This document shows positions 16,830 to 27,488 of a stretch of DNA of 36,044 bases, piece after piece. The position numbers and the translations under genes are program-made. Numbering within the stretch: the stretch's first letter is position 1; each line of letters starts with the position of its first letter. This DNA comes from Acidobacteriaceae bacterium (lineage in GTDB: Bacteria; Acidobacteriota; Terriglobia; Terriglobales; Acidobacteriaceae): positions 1 to 36,044 of the forward strand of contig JAUTWY010000455.1 of NCBI GenBank assembly GCA_030838305.1, in the 5' to 3' direction. The notes beneath the pieces are model-generated. The model saw nothing but the letters and a program-made list of their open reading frames with translations. It was not told where the DNA came from and did not search any database.

Positions 16830-17309
16830 ATGGCTGACTTCACACTGCGCGTGAACGGTAACGAAAAGAAAGTGAGCGTCTCGCCGGAGACTCCACTGCT
16901 CTGGGTGCTGCGGGACACCATGGAACTCACCGGAACCAAATTCGGTTGTGGCGCCGGATTCTGCGGCGCCTGCACCGTGCACGCGGAGGGCGAGGCGATA
17001 CGGTCGTGCTCGACCCCGATCTCGCAGGTTGCGGGGAAAAACGTCACGACCATTGAAGGCCTGGGCGCCAACGGGCTGCATGTGTTGCAGCAGGCCTGGA
17101 TTGCCGAAGAAGTTCCGCAATGCGGTTACTGCCAGACGGGACAAATTATGACGGCGGCGGCGCTGTTGGCAAAGACTCCGAAGCCAAGCGACGAACAGAT
17201 CACGCGGGCAATGAATGGAAACCTGTGCCGCTGCGGAACGTACGAGAGAATACGCAAGGCGATTCATCGGGCATCAGAATCAGCGGCGGCTCCGGGAGGT
17301 GCGCGATGA
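16830..17309 (+). CDS. (2Fe-2S)-binding small subunit of a molybdenum hydroxylase (IorA / aldehyde dehydrogenase small subunit-like)
   Basis: Start moved to ATG 16830 ([13 protein letters not shown]...). Cys clusters [22 protein letters not shown] and CRCGTY. Confidence 0.9.
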   Translation: MADFTLRVNGNEKKVSVSPETPLLWVLRDTMELTGTKFGCGAGFCGACTVHAEGEAIRSCSTPISQVAGKNVTTIEGLGANGLHVLQQAWIAEEVPQCGYCQTGQIMTAAALLAKTPKPSDEQITRAMNGNLCRCGTYERIRKAIHRASESAAAPGGAR

Positions 17310-19423
17310 GCCCGCTGAGCCGGCGGGAATTCGTTGCCGCAGGAGTAGCCGCGGGAGCAGGACTTGTGGTGGGTTTCTACCTGCCGCATGGAGGGCGGGC
17401 GAACCACGAAGCATTCTCACCTAACGCATATCTGCGGATTACGCCGGATAACAAGGTCACGATCGTTGTGGCGCGTTCCGAGATGGGGCAAGGTGTCCGC
17501 ACAGCGCTACCCATGATTCTGGCGGAAGAATTGGAAGCAGACTGGAAGCAGATCGAGATCGAGCAGGCTGGAGCGAGCACACTCTACGGGGATCAAACCA
17601 CAGGCGGCAGCGCGAGTGTGCGGACAGCCTGGGATCCCATGCGAAAGGCGGGCGCAGCGGCGAGGGAGATGCTGATTTCGGCGGCGGCGCTGACCTGGGG
17701 CGTGCCGCGATCCTCATGCAGCGCGCAGGGCGGAAGCATCCTTCATACGGCGTCCAACCGGAGATTGAGCTACGGGGAGTTGGCCGGGAAGGCCTCCACA
17801 TTGCCTATTCCGAGCGATGTGACCTTGAAGCAGGCGAAGGATTATAAGATTGTTGGACAGCGCCTGGCCCGTGTGGATACGCCTGCGAAGGTAAAGGGCG
17901 AAGCTGGGTTCGGCATCGACTTCCGGATGCCGGGGATGAAATACGCGGTTCTGTCGCGGTGTCCCACCATCGGCGGGAAGGTCGTAAGCTTCGACGATAA
18001 GGAATCGAAGAAGAATTCCGGAGTGAGTTACGTAGGCAAGATCAGCGATGCAGCGGTGGCCGTGGCCGCGGACAGCGTTTGGGGCGCGATGGAAGGGCGG
18101 CGCGTGCTTACCGTGAATTGGGATGACGGGCCGAACAAAGACTTGAATACTGCGGCGGTCACGGAGTTATTGAAGCAGACCGCGGCAAAAAAGGGCGCGA
18201 CTTTGTATTCGGTGGGCGATGTGACGAAGGCGAAGGGGCGGAGAATTACAGCGGAATATCAGCTGCCATTCATGGCGCATGCCCCGATGGAGCCGGGAAA
18301 CTGTACCGCGAATTATTCCGCAACCGGATGCGAGTTATGGGCTCCCACGCAAGTTCCGCAGGATTGCCGCGACGCGGTGGCGCAAGCCGTCGGTCTGGAT
18401 TCAGACCAAGTCAAGGTGAATGTCACACTGATGGGTGGAGGTTTCGGGCGGCGGCTGGAGCACGACTACGCGGTGGAAGCGGCCCTGGTGTCGAAGGCGA
18501 TTGGCGGTCCGGTGAAAGTGATTTGGACTCGCGAAGATGACATGCGCTTTTCAACCTACAGGCCGGCGAGCCTGCATCAGCTGAGCGCGGTTCTGGATGG
18601 TGCAGGTTGGCCGGTGGCGTTTACGCATCGCATCATCGCACCTTCAATCAGCGGGCAAAAAGGGCAACCCGTGCCGGGTGGAGTGGATCCCGATCTGCCA
18701 GATGAAGCGGCTCTTGTGTACGGGATGGATAATGTGTCGATTGAGAGCGTGATCGCGGAAACGCCGGTGCCGCTAGGGTGGATGCGGTCCGTTTACGCGC
18801 TGCAGGTGGGATTTGCCAGCGAGAGTTTCATTGATGAACTGGCTGCGGCGGCAGGAAAAGATCCGCTGGAATATCGCCTGCACCTGCTTTCGAAGGATCA
18901 GGACATCCAGTACTTCACGACGACATGGCACACCGCCCGTATGCGTGGGGTCCTGCAACTGGCGGCGGAAAAGGCAGGGTGGAAGCATCCTTTGCCTGCG
19001 GGACGCTTTCGCGGGATTGCGTGCTTTGCATGTTTTTCTTCCTACATGGCTGAGGTAGTCGAGATCAGCATGGAGAACGGAACCCCGCGTGTGCATCGCG
19101 TGGTAGCGGTGGTCGATTGCGGACAAGTCGTGAATCCCAGCATCCTGGAGCAGCAAATTCCGGGTGGCATCGTCTATGCGCTGTCGAATGCCCTCAGGGC
19201 GAAGATCACCATCGAGAAGGGACGCGTAGTCCAGGGAAATTTTGACGACTACGCGCCGCTGCGCATGGAAGAAGTTCCGGCGGTGGAAGTCCATGCAGTG
19301 CCGAGTACGGAAGTGCCTACGGGGATTGGAGAGCCTTCCGTTCCCCCGCTGGCGCCCGCGCTGTGCAACGCGATCCATGCGGCGACGAAGAAAAGGATTC
19401 GGGCACTGCCCATTTTGAGTTAA
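17306..19423 (+). CDS. Molybdopterin-binding large subunit of a xanthine-dehydrogenase-family oxidoreductase (IorB-like), Tat signal
   Basis: ATG 17306 overlaps the upstream TGA (ATGA). Twin-arginine motif SRREFVAAG. Aldehyde-oxidase/XDH-type segments [15 protein letters not shown] and VDCGQVVNP. Confidence 0.9.
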   Translation: MSPLSRREFVAAGVAAGAGLVVGFYLPHGGRANHEAFSPNAYLRITPDNKVTIVVARSEMGQGVRTALPMILAEELEADWKQIEIEQAGASTLYGDQTTGGSASVRTAWDPMRKAGAAAREMLISAAALTWGVPRSSCSAQGGSILHTASNRRLSYGELAGKASTLPIPSDVTLKQAKDYKIVGQRLARVDTPAKVKGEAGFGIDFRMPGMKYAVLSRCPTIGGKVVSFDDKESKKNSGVSYVGKISDAAVAVAADSVWGAMEGRRVLTVNWDDGPNKDLNTAAVTELLKQTAAKKGATLYSVGDVTKAKGRRITAEYQLPFMAHAPMEPGNCTANYSATGCELWAPTQVPQDCRDAVAQAVGLDSDQVKVNVTLMGGGFGRRLEHDYAVEAALVSKAIGGPVKVIWTREDDMRFSTYRPASLHQLSAVLDGAGWPVAFTHRIIAPSISGQKGQPVPGGVDPDLPDEAALVYGMDNVSIESVIAETPVPLGWMRSVYALQVGFASESFIDELAAAAGKDPLEYRLHLLSKDQDIQYFTTTWHTARMRGVLQLAAEKAGWKHPLPAGRFRGIACFACFSSYMAEVVEISMENGTPRVHRVVAVVDCGQVVNPSILEQQIPGGIVYALSNALRAKITIEKGRVVQGNFDDYAPLRMEEVPAVEVHAVPSTEVPTGIGEPSVPPLAPALCNAIHAATKKRIRALPILS

Positions 19424-19427
19424 GAGC

Positions 19428-20606
19428 ATGAAATGTCTGTGGATCATGCGGTGCACCGCACTGGCTACCCTGGCCGCGCTAACCACGTGTCTTCCGCTGG
19501 CTCAATCCACGGCGGCCCGTTCTGTACAGCCAGTCTCTTCCGTTCCATCTTCGCGGCTCGCGCACCTGCGGCGTGGAATCAACGCGAGCGAGTGGTTTGC
19601 GCAAGTCTATGACAAGCTCGGATACTCCAAAGAACACTTCCAAAGCTGGACCACCGCGGATGACATTGCACTGATCCAATCGATGGGCTTCGATCACGTG
19701 CGCCTGAGCGTGGATCCTGAACCCATGGTGTTACACCACCCGCCCGATGAGCTTCCCGCGGAATACATCGGCTATCTCGACACCGCCATAAAGATGGTCT
19801 TAGATCGCGGGCTGGCGGTGGTGATCGATCTGCATCCTAATAGCGAGTTCAAAGCACGGCTGGCGAAAGATGACAGCTTTGTGCAGGAGTTGAGTGACTT
19901 CTGGAGGGCGCTGGCGCGGCACTATTCCACTTGGGATGCGGACCGCGTCTTCTTCGAGATTCTGAACGAGCCAGAGTTCACCGATCGTTACCGCTGGTAC
20001 GGCGTGCAGTCGAAAGTGGCGGCGGCGATCCGTGAAGGCGCGCCGCAACACACGATGATCGCGGCAGGAGCTCGTTGGTCGAACGATGACGAACTGGTGT
20101 TTCTCGAGCCTCTGCGCGATCCCAATGTGATTTACAACTTTCATTTCTACGATCCGCACATCTTCACACACCAGGGTGCGACGTGGGGAGTGTACTTCTG
20201 GCATTGGGTGAAAGGCCTGGATTATCCGTCGTCGCCAGAATCGGCGGCGAGAGTGGCGGCTGACGTACCGGATGCGATTGACCGTCTAGCAGTGATGCGA
20301 TACGGGCTGGACCATTGGGATGCTGCGCGGGTTAACGCTGAGATTGCGCAGGTGGCGGACTGGGCCCGGCGCCGAGCGGTCCCGGTAGTTTGCAACGAGT
20401 TCGGTGTCTATCGCTATTATGCGAAACCAAAAGACCGTGAGGCATGGATTCATGACGTGCGAACCGCTTTGGAAGAGCATGGCATAGGTTGGACGATGTG
20501 GGACTATTCGGGCAGTTTCGGCGTGGTTACAAAAAAGGATGGGCGCACGGTCGCAGATAAAAGCACCCTGTGGGCATTAGGGCTGAATCCAAAGACCGGG
20601 AAATGA
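19428..20606 (+). CDS. Secreted glycoside hydrolase family 5 (cellulase/mannanase-type)
   Basis: Signal peptide ...CLPLAQS. GH5 acid/base motif FEILNEP and nucleophile context VVCNEFG, plus HFYDP. Confidence 0.85.
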   Translation: MKCLWIMRCTALATLAALTTCLPLAQSTAARSVQPVSSVPSSRLAHLRRGINASEWFAQVYDKLGYSKEHFQSWTTADDIALIQSMGFDHVRLSVDPEPMVLHHPPDELPAEYIGYLDTAIKMVLDRGLAVVIDLHPNSEFKARLAKDDSFVQELSDFWRALARHYSTWDADRVFFEILNEPEFTDRYRWYGVQSKVAAAIREGAPQHTMIAAGARWSNDDELVFLEPLRDPNVIYNFHFYDPHIFTHQGATWGVYFWHWVKGLDYPSSPESAARVAADVPDAIDRLAVMRYGLDHWDAARVNAEIAQVADWARRRAVPVVCNEFGVYRYYAKPKDREAWIHDVRTALEEHGIGWTMWDYSGSFGVVTKKDGRTVADKSTLWALGLNPKTGK

Positions 20607-20620
20607 CCGGCGGCTCCGCC

Positions 20621-20650
20621 TTGACACTGCTTTCTTTCAACCTTTATCCT
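20621..20650 (+). promoter_or_regulatory. Putative sigma70-type promoter for yceD-rpmF-plsX-fabD
   Basis: TTGACA (20621-20626), 18-nt spacer, TATCCT (20645-20650). By eye only. Confidence 0.3.
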
Positions 20651-20736
20651 TGAAATTGCTCCTTGCGGTACTTGCGCCTTCTTGGCGTGCTTCCGCGGGC
20701 CTGGGGCGGCAACTGGACGGCGGCGCGGAGGTTCCC

Positions 20737-21288
20737 ATGTTCTTCGAGATCAAACATTTACAACTTCATCCCGTGGAGTTTGCGGAGAAGTTCGAGCCGG
20801 GCACAATCGACTTGGGAGCCGATTATCGCCAGGTCACGCCGATCGAAAGCAGCGGCCGTGCCGACTTGGTCGAAGAGCATCACGGCAAGCACAAGATTAT
20901 CCAAGACATACGCGTTAGGGGTCGGCTGGCGACCAGCCTGGAGACATACTGCGCGCGCTGTTTGGAACCTCTCACCCAGGATGTAAAGCGCGAGTTTGAT
21001 CTTTTGTATCGTCCTCAGGGATCCGACGCCGGGCGCGATGAAATGTCTGTGACCGACGCCGAGGCCGAGATCAGCTATTATGTGGGCGAGGGTCTTTTGC
21101 TGGACGATGTGGTGCGCGAGCAAGTGCTGCTGGCCGTCCCGCTGAAGGTTACGTGCCGCGAGGATTGCAAGGGCTTGTGCCCACACTGCGGCAAGAATTT
21201 GAACCAGGAACAGTGTTCGTGCGCGGTCACGCTGGAAGAACCGCGGTGGGCGGCGCTAAAAGAGATTCGCGACAAGCTGGCGCATTAG
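20737..21288 (+). CDS. yceD: YceD/DUF177 family protein (large-subunit rRNA accumulation protein)
   Basis: Start moved to ATG 20737. Cys pairs CARCLEP and CKGLCPHCGKNLN. Canonical position directly upstream of rpmF. Confidence 0.85.
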   Translation: MFFEIKHLQLHPVEFAEKFEPGTIDLGADYRQVTPIESSGRADLVEEHHGKHKIIQDIRVRGRLATSLETYCARCLEPLTQDVKREFDLLYRPQGSDAGRDEMSVTDAEAEISYYVGEGLLLDDVVREQVLLAVPLKVTCREDCKGLCPHCGKNLNQEQCSCAVTLEEPRWAALKEIRDKLAH

Positions 21289-21350
21289 CAAAATTCAGAG
21301 ATTAACAGCAAGCGAGGCCGAAGAGCCTTGGCGAGAGGAATTTTCATACT

Positions 21351-21536
21351 ATGCCGAATCCGAAACGACGACATTCCCAGAAGCGCACCTCGACCCGGCG
21401 GGCGCATGATGCGCTGACCAGCCACTCGCTCTCCGAGTGTCCCAACTGCCACGAGAAGAAGATGCCGCATCGCGCCTGCGCCAAGTGCGGCTACTACAAG
21501 GGCCGCGAAGTTCTGGAAGTAAAGGAAGTCGGCTAA
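21351..21536 (+). CDS. rpmF: 50S ribosomal protein L32
   Basis: 61 aa. MPNPKRRHSQKRTSTRRAHDAL plus zinc-ribbon CPNC...CAKCG. Confidence 0.95.
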   Translation: MPNPKRRHSQKRTSTRRAHDALTSHSLSECPNCHEKKMPHRACAKCGYYKGREVLEVKEVG

Positions 21537-21548
21537 TTTCCTGCCACC

Positions 21549-22628
21549 ATGCCTAGCGTGATCGCGCTGGATGCGATGGGTTCGGACCGGGCTCCCAAGC
21601 CTGAAATCGAAGGCGCAATTCATGCTGCGCGCAACTATGACGTGCGCGTGTTGCTGGTCGGCCCGGAAGATACGATCAAGGCCGAGTTGGAACGCCATCC
21701 TGCGGCCTCGCGGCTGCCGATCGAGATCGTCCACGCCAGTCAAGTCATCACCATGGAAGATAAAGCGGTGCAGGCGGTCCGCTCCAAGCGCGACTCTTCC
21801 ATGCGGGTGGGACTGCGTATGGTTCGTGAGGGCCGTGCGGCGGGCTTTGTTACAGCCGGCAATACCGGCGCGGCCATGGCCTCTGCAAAGATGGTGCTGG
21901 GAGCTTTGCACGGCGTGGACCGTCCCGCACTGGCGGCGGTATTTCCTACGGCTCTGGGGACCGCGGCGATTTTGCTCGACGTCGGAGCGAATGTGGATTG
22001 CAAGCCGCACAACCTCGAACAGTTTGCGGTGATGGGCGAAATTTATTTTCGGTCCATGTTTGGCGGCAGGTTTGAGAACAAAGCGTTCGCCCGATCGATG
22101 TCCGGGCGCCGGCCCCGGGTGGGATTGCTTTCGATTGGCGAAGAAGAAACCAAGGGAAACGAGCTGACGCGCGAATCGTTTCAGTTATTGAAGCGGCTGC
22201 CCTTGAACTTCGTCGGTAACGTGGAAGGCCGGGATCTGTTCAATGGCAACGTCGACGTGATTGTGGCCGACGGTTTCGTCGGCAATGTCGCGCTCAAAGT
22301 GTCAGAAGGCGTGGCGAATCTGGTCCGCACGGTCCTGAAAGAATCGCTGAAGGCAACGATTTCGCGGCAAGTCGGATACATGCTTTCGCGCAGCGCGTTT
22401 TCGGATTTCAAAAAACGCATCGATCATACCGAATACGGTGGCGCCCCACTGCTGGGAGTGAAAGGTGTGTGCATCATCACGCACGGTTCGTCCAACGCAA
22501 ATGCGATCAAGAATGCTGTGCGCGTGGCTGCGGAGTTTTCGCAGCGCCGTATCAACGAATCGATCGAGCAGGGATTGGCCGCGCTTCGTCCCGCACCCGC
22601 CGAACCGGAACCTGCGCCGGCGCGCTGA
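21549..22628 (+). CDS. plsX: Phosphate acyltransferase PlsX
   Basis: 359 aa. [34 protein letters not shown] and ITHGSSNA are characteristic PlsX segments. Follows rpmF. Confidence 0.95.
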   Translation: MPSVIALDAMGSDRAPKPEIEGAIHAARNYDVRVLLVGPEDTIKAELERHPAASRLPIEIVHASQVITMEDKAVQAVRSKRDSSMRVGLRMVREGRAAGFVTAGNTGAAMASAKMVLGALHGVDRPALAAVFPTALGTAAILLDVGANVDCKPHNLEQFAVMGEIYFRSMFGGRFENKAFARSMSGRRPRVGLLSIGEEETKGNELTRESFQLLKRLPLNFVGNVEGRDLFNGNVDVIVADGFVGNVALKVSEGVANLVRTVLKESLKATISRQVGYMLSRSAFSDFKKRIDHTEYGGAPLLGVKGVCIITHGSSNANAIKNAVRVAAEFSQRRINESIEQGLAALRPAPAEPEPAPAR

Positions 22629-22702
22629 TTCCCGGCAAAATCAAAATCATGCACGAACTCAATCACTCTCCCAATCCTGCCAAGTCAACAGCCAGCGGAA
22701 CC

Positions 22703-23632
22703 ATGATCGCATTTATTTTTCCCGGCCAGGGCTCGCAGGCCGTTGGCATGGGCAAAGACCTCGCCGAGAAGTATCCCGTTGCGCGGCAGACATTTGAAGA
22801 AGCCGACGAGGCTCTGGGCTACAAATTGTCGCAGGTCTGTTTCGAGGGTCCGGAGGAGAAGTTGCGGCTGACCGAGGTTACACAGCCTGCGATTCTCACC
22901 GTATCCATCGCAGCGCTGAGGATTCTCGAGGCCCGCATGCCCAAACCGTGCTTTGTCGCGGGGCATAGTCTGGGCGAGTACTCCGCCCACGTCGCATCTG
23001 GCACCATGACGTTTGCGGATGCAGTACGCACCGTGCGCAATCGCGGCAAGTACATGCAGGAGGCAGTCCCCGTAGGTATGGGGAGCATGGCGGCCATCCT
23101 CGGGATGGGATTGGAGAAAGTAATTTCAGTTTGTCAGGACGCAGCGCAAGGCGAGGTCTGCTCGCCTGCCAATATCAATTCTGCGGAACAAATTGTTATC
23201 TCGGGCCATACGGGGGCTGTGGAACGCGGAGCCAAGCTGGCCGATGAGCGCGGCGCCAAGCGCGCCAAGTTGCTGCAGGTGAGCGCGCCTTTCCATTGTT
23301 CGCTGATGAAACCCGCACAGGACCGTCTTCAAGCAGATTTCAATAAGGTGAAGATGCGGAAGCCGGTGTATCCGGTGGCTTGCAATGTGGAAGCGGCGCT
23401 GATCACGGATGAACACAGGGCGCGCGAAACGCTTATCGCACAGGTAACGGGCGCGGTGAAATGGGATGCGTGCATGCGGTTGCTGATCGGCGAAGGCGCG
23501 CAGACCTTCGTGGAGATCGGTCCAGGAAAAGTTCTGTGCGGACTGATGCGCCAGATCGACCGCTCGAAAACCTGCCTCAACGTCGGCGACGAGGCGTCGC
23601 TCACAAAGACATTGGAGCAGTTTGGAAGCTAG
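22703..23632 (+). CDS. fabD: Malonyl-CoA:ACP transacylase
   Basis: [17 protein letters not shown], active-site GHSLGEYSA, later [12 protein letters not shown] 22703 is preferred and ATG 22649 is possible. The track start 22469 overlaps plsX. Confidence 0.92.
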   Translation: MIAFIFPGQGSQAVGMGKDLAEKYPVARQTFEEADEALGYKLSQVCFEGPEEKLRLTEVTQPAILTVSIAALRILEARMPKPCFVAGHSLGEYSAHVASGTMTFADAVRTVRNRGKYMQEAVPVGMGSMAAILGMGLEKVISVCQDAAQGEVCSPANINSAEQIVISGHTGAVERGAKLADERGAKRAKLLQVSAPFHCSLMKPAQDRLQADFNKVKMRKPVYPVACNVEAALITDEHRARETLIAQVTGAVKWDACMRLLIGEGAQTFVEIGPGKVLCGLMRQIDRSKTCLNVGDEASLTKTLEQFGS

Positions 23633-24108
23633 CGAAATTCCAGGCCGCAGGGCGGCGTGCTGATTGTCTTATCGCTCTTGTCGACGTACAACTGCGCGTG
23701 TTGCGCACGATCGTTCACGACCAGGTCGACGACCACCCCGGTTCCTCCCCCCGGGCAGTTACTGGTGCCGTAGATCTTGTAGCTCTTGACGATACCCCAC
23801 TGGCCGCCCGGCCCCCAGTCCTGCCGGAACTCATTGAACGGATACTGCGCATGATTCTGCGGGTGCTGCTTCCAATCGGGATCGTGATAGTAAATTCCGT
23901 AGGCCGTTTCGAATTCTTGCTTCTGCAGCGAAGAAAAGAATTTATCGGCGATATGCTTTTCCGGCCAGAAGCGGTTCCACCAGCCAACGATCGCCAGAAA
24001 CAGAATCAGAACGATTGCCGAAATAATGCGGCTTCTTTTCTGCCGCTCTTTTTCGGGATGGTATTCTTTCGCGTCCAGTAAAGTCATCTCATCTAGAATA
24101 ACGGACAC
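23629..24108 (-). CDS. Hypothetical membrane-anchored protein
   Basis: 159-aa ORF with one TM (IISAIVLILFLAIVGWW) and a Trp/His/Gln-rich ectodomain with two Cys. I recognise no family. Its stop shares CTAG with the fabD stop. Confidence 0.5.
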   Translation of the reverse strand: MSVILDEMTLLDAKEYHPEKERQKRSRIISAIVLILFLAIVGWWNRFWPEKHIADKFFSSLQKQEFETAYGIYYHDPDWKQHPQNHAQYPFNEFRQDWGPGGQWGIVKSYKIYGTSNCPGGGTGVVVDLVVNDRAQHAQLYVDKSDKTISTPPCGLEFR

Positions 24109-24232
24109 GAGCGTTAAGTCAAAAGTTCCAGGGTTGATTCACCGCCGAGCCTGCCGAGAAATCAACATGAAGCGTAGAACCGATGGATTTAGACTTCTCG
24201 GCGTCCTCTGCGATCTCGGCGGTTAACTTTCC

Positions 24233-25345
24233 CTACAGCGTTCGCTTAAACAGTGGAATCGCAATTCCGAGAGTAACGGCCGCAAAGATCGAAAGAAACA
24301 GCATGTCCCCCCACACCGCGGCGAGAGTCGTCTCTTTCAACAGCAGGCACTTAAAACCGTCGACCGCGAAGGTGAAGGGATCGACGCTGGCGATGGCTCG
24401 CAGCCATCGGGGAAAGGCCTGGATCGGATAGATGGCCCCGCTGGGAAAAAACAGCAGCGTATTCAGAATGCCGAACATGGCCCGCGGCACCAGCGGATCT
24501 TCGATGCGCACCATCAGCAGGAACATCATGGTATTGAAGGCCAGCGATGTCAGCACAATCATCACCAGCAGTCCAAACATCGTGACCGGATTGAAAATCG
24601 TGTTCACGCCGGAGATAAGCGCGCCGATCACGCATATGATGATGCCGGTCATCACTGCTTTGATCGCGCCCGCCAAGTTCAGTCCCAATACCAGTTCGAG
24701 TTTAGTAATCGGCGTGACCAGATAACCTTCGTGCACGCCGCGCGCCTTATCGTCGATGTAGAGCATGCCGCCGCCGATCATCACCGAGACAAACATCGCC
24801 AGAGTGAGCGAGCCGGGCAGCAAGTATTTCATATATTCGATATAGGGATAGAGTTCGACAATGTCCAGCGCGGTCTGCCGCAGAACTCGCGGCTCGATGG
24901 TGGGCTGGTTGAGAGCGTTGGTGAGGCTGGAGAGTTCCGCCTCCAGTGCGGAGCTCATAAAGTTGTCGCTGTTATCTACAACTAAGGCAATCTGCGGATG
25001 ATTTTCCTCGTAAACCCGCCGCGAAAACTGTGGGGGAATGATTACTGCGCCCTCGAGCTTGCCGTTGCGAACATCTTCCACAGCTTTTTTTTCATCGTCG
25101 TAGTACACCGGAACGAAAGTTCGGATGTTTGCGCGGACGGAGTCAAAAGCCTCGCGAATCTTCAGCGCCTGCGTGCCGCCATCCTGATCCACAATGGCGA
25201 CGCGGGCATCACGAATCTTTCCGCCGAACGCGTTTCCCAAAATGACGAGCTGCACCAGGGGAAAAATCATCGATGCCAGCATCAACGCCGGCGAGCGGAA
25301 AAACTTGCGCATCTCGCGCTCGACAATCGCCATGATGCGGTTCAT
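24233..25345 (-). CDS. ABC-2 type transporter permease
   Basis: 370 aa. N-terminal TM, large extracytoplasmic loop, then five clustered TM helices, as in ABC-2 / YbhS-YbhR-like permeases. ATGA overlap with the upstream ATPase gene. Confidence 0.85.
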   Translation of the reverse strand: MNRIMAIVEREMRKFFRSPALMLASMIFPLVQLVILGNAFGGKIRDARVAIVDQDGGTQALKIREAFDSVRANIRTFVPVYYDDEKKAVEDVRNGKLEGAVIIPPQFSRRVYEENHPQIALVVDNSDNFMSSALEAELSSLTNALNQPTIEPRVLRQTALDIVELYPYIEYMKYLLPGSLTLAMFVSVMIGGGMLYIDDKARGVHEGYLVTPITKLELVLGLNLAGAIKAVMTGIIICVIGALISGVNTIFNPVTMFGLLVMIVLTSLAFNTMMFLLMVRIEDPLVPRAMFGILNTLLFFPSGAIYPIQAFPRWLRAIASVDPFTFAVDGFKCLLLKETTLAAVWGDMLFLSIFAAVTLGIAIPLFKRTL

Positions 25346-26388
25346 GGCTGCAACCCCGGCCGCTGCGGCATTGTGAAGGCATATGCTTTCTGCAGTTCGT
25401 CGCGCAACTGACGGCCCGTGTAGTGCACGAATACATCGTCCAGCGTCGTGTTCTGTACCGACAGCGACTTCACCGCCACCCCGGCTTCCACCGCCATTTC
25501 GACCAATTCAGTAGTCGTGCGCGAACCGTTGCCGGTAAGCACGCGATACATTCCCGCGCCTTCCCGCTGCACTGAGGTGACATCGTCGAGTGTGTGCAGC
25601 CGCTGCTCCCAGTCTTCGGGAGGATTCTCGAACTGCGCTTCAATCACGTTTGACCCCGGCACGCTAGCCTTCAAAGCCATCGGCGCATCGAGGGCGACCA
25701 GTTTGCCGTGATCCACGATGGCAATGCGATCGCACAGCCGGTCGGCCTCATCCATGTAATGCGTGGTGATCAGAATCGTGAGTTGCCGCTGGCTCTTGAT
25801 GTTTCCCAGCATCTCCCAGACGGCTACGCGCGACACCGGATCCAATCCGGTGGTTGGTTCATCGAGAAAGAATATTTTCGGATGATGCACAAGGCCGCGC
25901 GCAATCTCCAACCGCCGCCGCATGCCGCCCGAGAGCGTCTTGGTCTGTGCATCGCGCCATTTGGTCAGATCCACTAGCCCAAGTAGCTCCTCGATAGAGC
26001 GCTTCCTTTCTTTTGCCGGTACGTCATAAAGCTTAGCGTAGATGTTGAGGTTCTCTTCCACCGTAAGATCAAGATCGCTGGTCAGCGCCTGCGGAATCAC
26101 TCCGATCGTCCGCCGCACGGCATCAGGATCCTTGGCAACGTCATGACCTTCGATACGCGCGTTTCCTGCTGTAATTGGGATCAGCGTGGTCATCATGCGG
26201 ATCAGGGTTGACTTGCCCGCGCCATTCGGACCAAGCAGTCCGAAGATTTCGCCGTCACTCACATGGAATGAAACATCATCCACCGCGGTGAAGGTGCCAT
26301 ACTTCTTGACGATGTGCTCGACTTCGATGGCGTGAGTCGGTGTGGAGGCGGGTGATCCGCCGCTCACTTTGTCGTTGAGGTCAGCCAT
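25342..26388 (-). CDS. ABC transporter ATP-binding protein (DrrA/YbhF-like exporter ATPase)
   Basis: Walker A GPNGAGKST, signature LSGGMRRRLEIA, Walker B IFFLDEPTTGLD, H-loop TTHYMDEA. Extra C-terminal domain. Confidence 0.92.
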   Translation of the reverse strand: MADLNDKVSGGSPASTPTHAIEVEHIVKKYGTFTAVDDVSFHVSDGEIFGLLGPNGAGKSTLIRMMTTLIPITAGNARIEGHDVAKDPDAVRRTIGVIPQALTSDLDLTVEENLNIYAKLYDVPAKERKRSIEELLGLVDLTKWRDAQTKTLSGGMRRRLEIARGLVHHPKIFFLDEPTTGLDPVSRVAVWEMLGNIKSQRQLTILITTHYMDEADRLCDRIAIVDHGKLVALDAPMALKASVPGSNVIEAQFENPPEDWEQRLHTLDDVTSVQREGAGMYRVLTGNGSRTTTELVEMAVEAGVAVKSLSVQNTTLDDVFVHYTGRQLRDELQKAYAFTMPQRPGLQP

Positions 26389-27488
26389 CAGTGCTGCCCC
26401 GCTGTGGCCGCGCTCTGCGGTCTGCTCTCACCCTTGACCTGCGCCGGGGAGACCAGCACCTCGGCCGTCATTCCTGGCACGAACGCGCCTTGCGGATTGT
26501 CCAACCGGACTTTCAGTACGATGGTCTTAATATCCCTCTTGCGGCGGCTCACATCGCGCTGCGTGGCAAAGTCACCTTCCACTCCTTTGAAAAATACCTT
26601 GCCGCTAGTGATCGTGCCGCCCGGCAGCCGAACTCGCAACGTGTCGCCATAGCCGATGTGGTCTGCATAAGTTTCCGGAATCGCCACCCGTGCCCACGTG
26701 TCGGTCAGATCCACGATGGTCACAATGGCCGCACCGATGTTTACGACTTCTCCCTGTCGCGCCGCGCGTACCGACACAGTGCCGCTGACGGGAGCGTAAA
26801 CATTGGTGTAACCCAGCCGCACCGCGGCCTGATTCTTCTGCGCAATGGCATTTTTTAGATCCGCTTGAGTCGACTGCACGGTGCTCTGCGCCGCATTGGC
26901 TTGCTGCGTGCGCGCGATGGCCGCGTTCAATTCGGCTTCTGCGGCCTTCACCAGCTCTTGTTGCGCCTGAACCGTCGCTTGCGCCGCCTGCAAATTGGTT
27001 TCGGCCTGGACGCGCTCTTGATCGGAGGCTACGCCTGCTTTTGCCAGTTCGACCGCGCGCCGGCTGTCGCTGGCAGTGCGATCAAGCGTGGCCTTGGCCT
27101 GCAGTAGTTGCGCCTTTGCCGACGACACCTTCGCCCGCGCATTCACCACGTCGCTCAAAGTTGAACCTGAAGTGGACCGTTCGGTGTGCCGCATCTCGGA
27201 AACTTTGTGCTGCAGGCTCGTGATGGTTGCCGCCGCCGCGGCTTCCTGCGTCTGCAACTCGGAGGGATCGAGCACGGCAATCAAGTCTCCAGCCTTCACC
27301 GGCGTGCCTTCATCCACCAGCAATTTCTGGATGCGGCCTTCCACTTGCGCGCTGACGATCACCTGATTGGAGTCAACGGTACCGATCAGCACCAGATCCT
27401 TGGAATGGTCAGCGGAGAACACGTAGTAGATCAGCGAGATCACGAAGATGATGCTCAAGAGAATGAAGAATCGGTTACGAGCACTCAT
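26388..27488 (-). CDS. HlyD-family membrane-fusion (periplasmic adaptor) protein
   Basis: N-terminal TM. Lipoyl-like half motif (VKAGDLIAVLD). Long Ala/Gln-rich coiled coil. Beta-barrel segment (VSVRAARQGEVV..., VRLDNPQGAFVPGMTAEV). Confidence 0.85.
   Translation of the reverse strand: MSARNRFFILLSIIFVISLIYYVFSADHSKDLVLIGTVDSNQVIVSAQVEGRIQKLLVDEGTPVKAGDLIAVLDPSELQTQEAAAAATITSLQHKVSEMRHTERSTSGSTLSDVVNARAKVSSAKAQLLQAKATLDRTASDSRRAVELAKAGVASDQERVQAETNLQAAQATVQAQQELVKAAEAELNAAIARTQQANAAQSTVQSTQADLKNAIAQKNQAAVRLGYTNVYAPVSGTVSVRAARQGEVVNIGAAIVTIVDLTDTWARVAIPETYADHIGYGDTLRVRLPGGTITSGKVFFKGVEGDFATQRDVSRRKRDIKTIVLKVRLDNPQGAFVPGMTAEVLVSPAQVKGESRPQSAATAGQH

Noticed and set aside
18773-19486. 237-aa ORF on the minus strand
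   Set aside because: It is antisense to the 3' part of the Mo-subunit gene and the GH5 start. No motifs are present, and the sense-strand genes are well supported.
21285-22010. 241-aa ORF on the minus strand
   Set aside because: It is antisense to rpmF and plsX, both unambiguous. The translation is Arg/His-rich shadow sequence.
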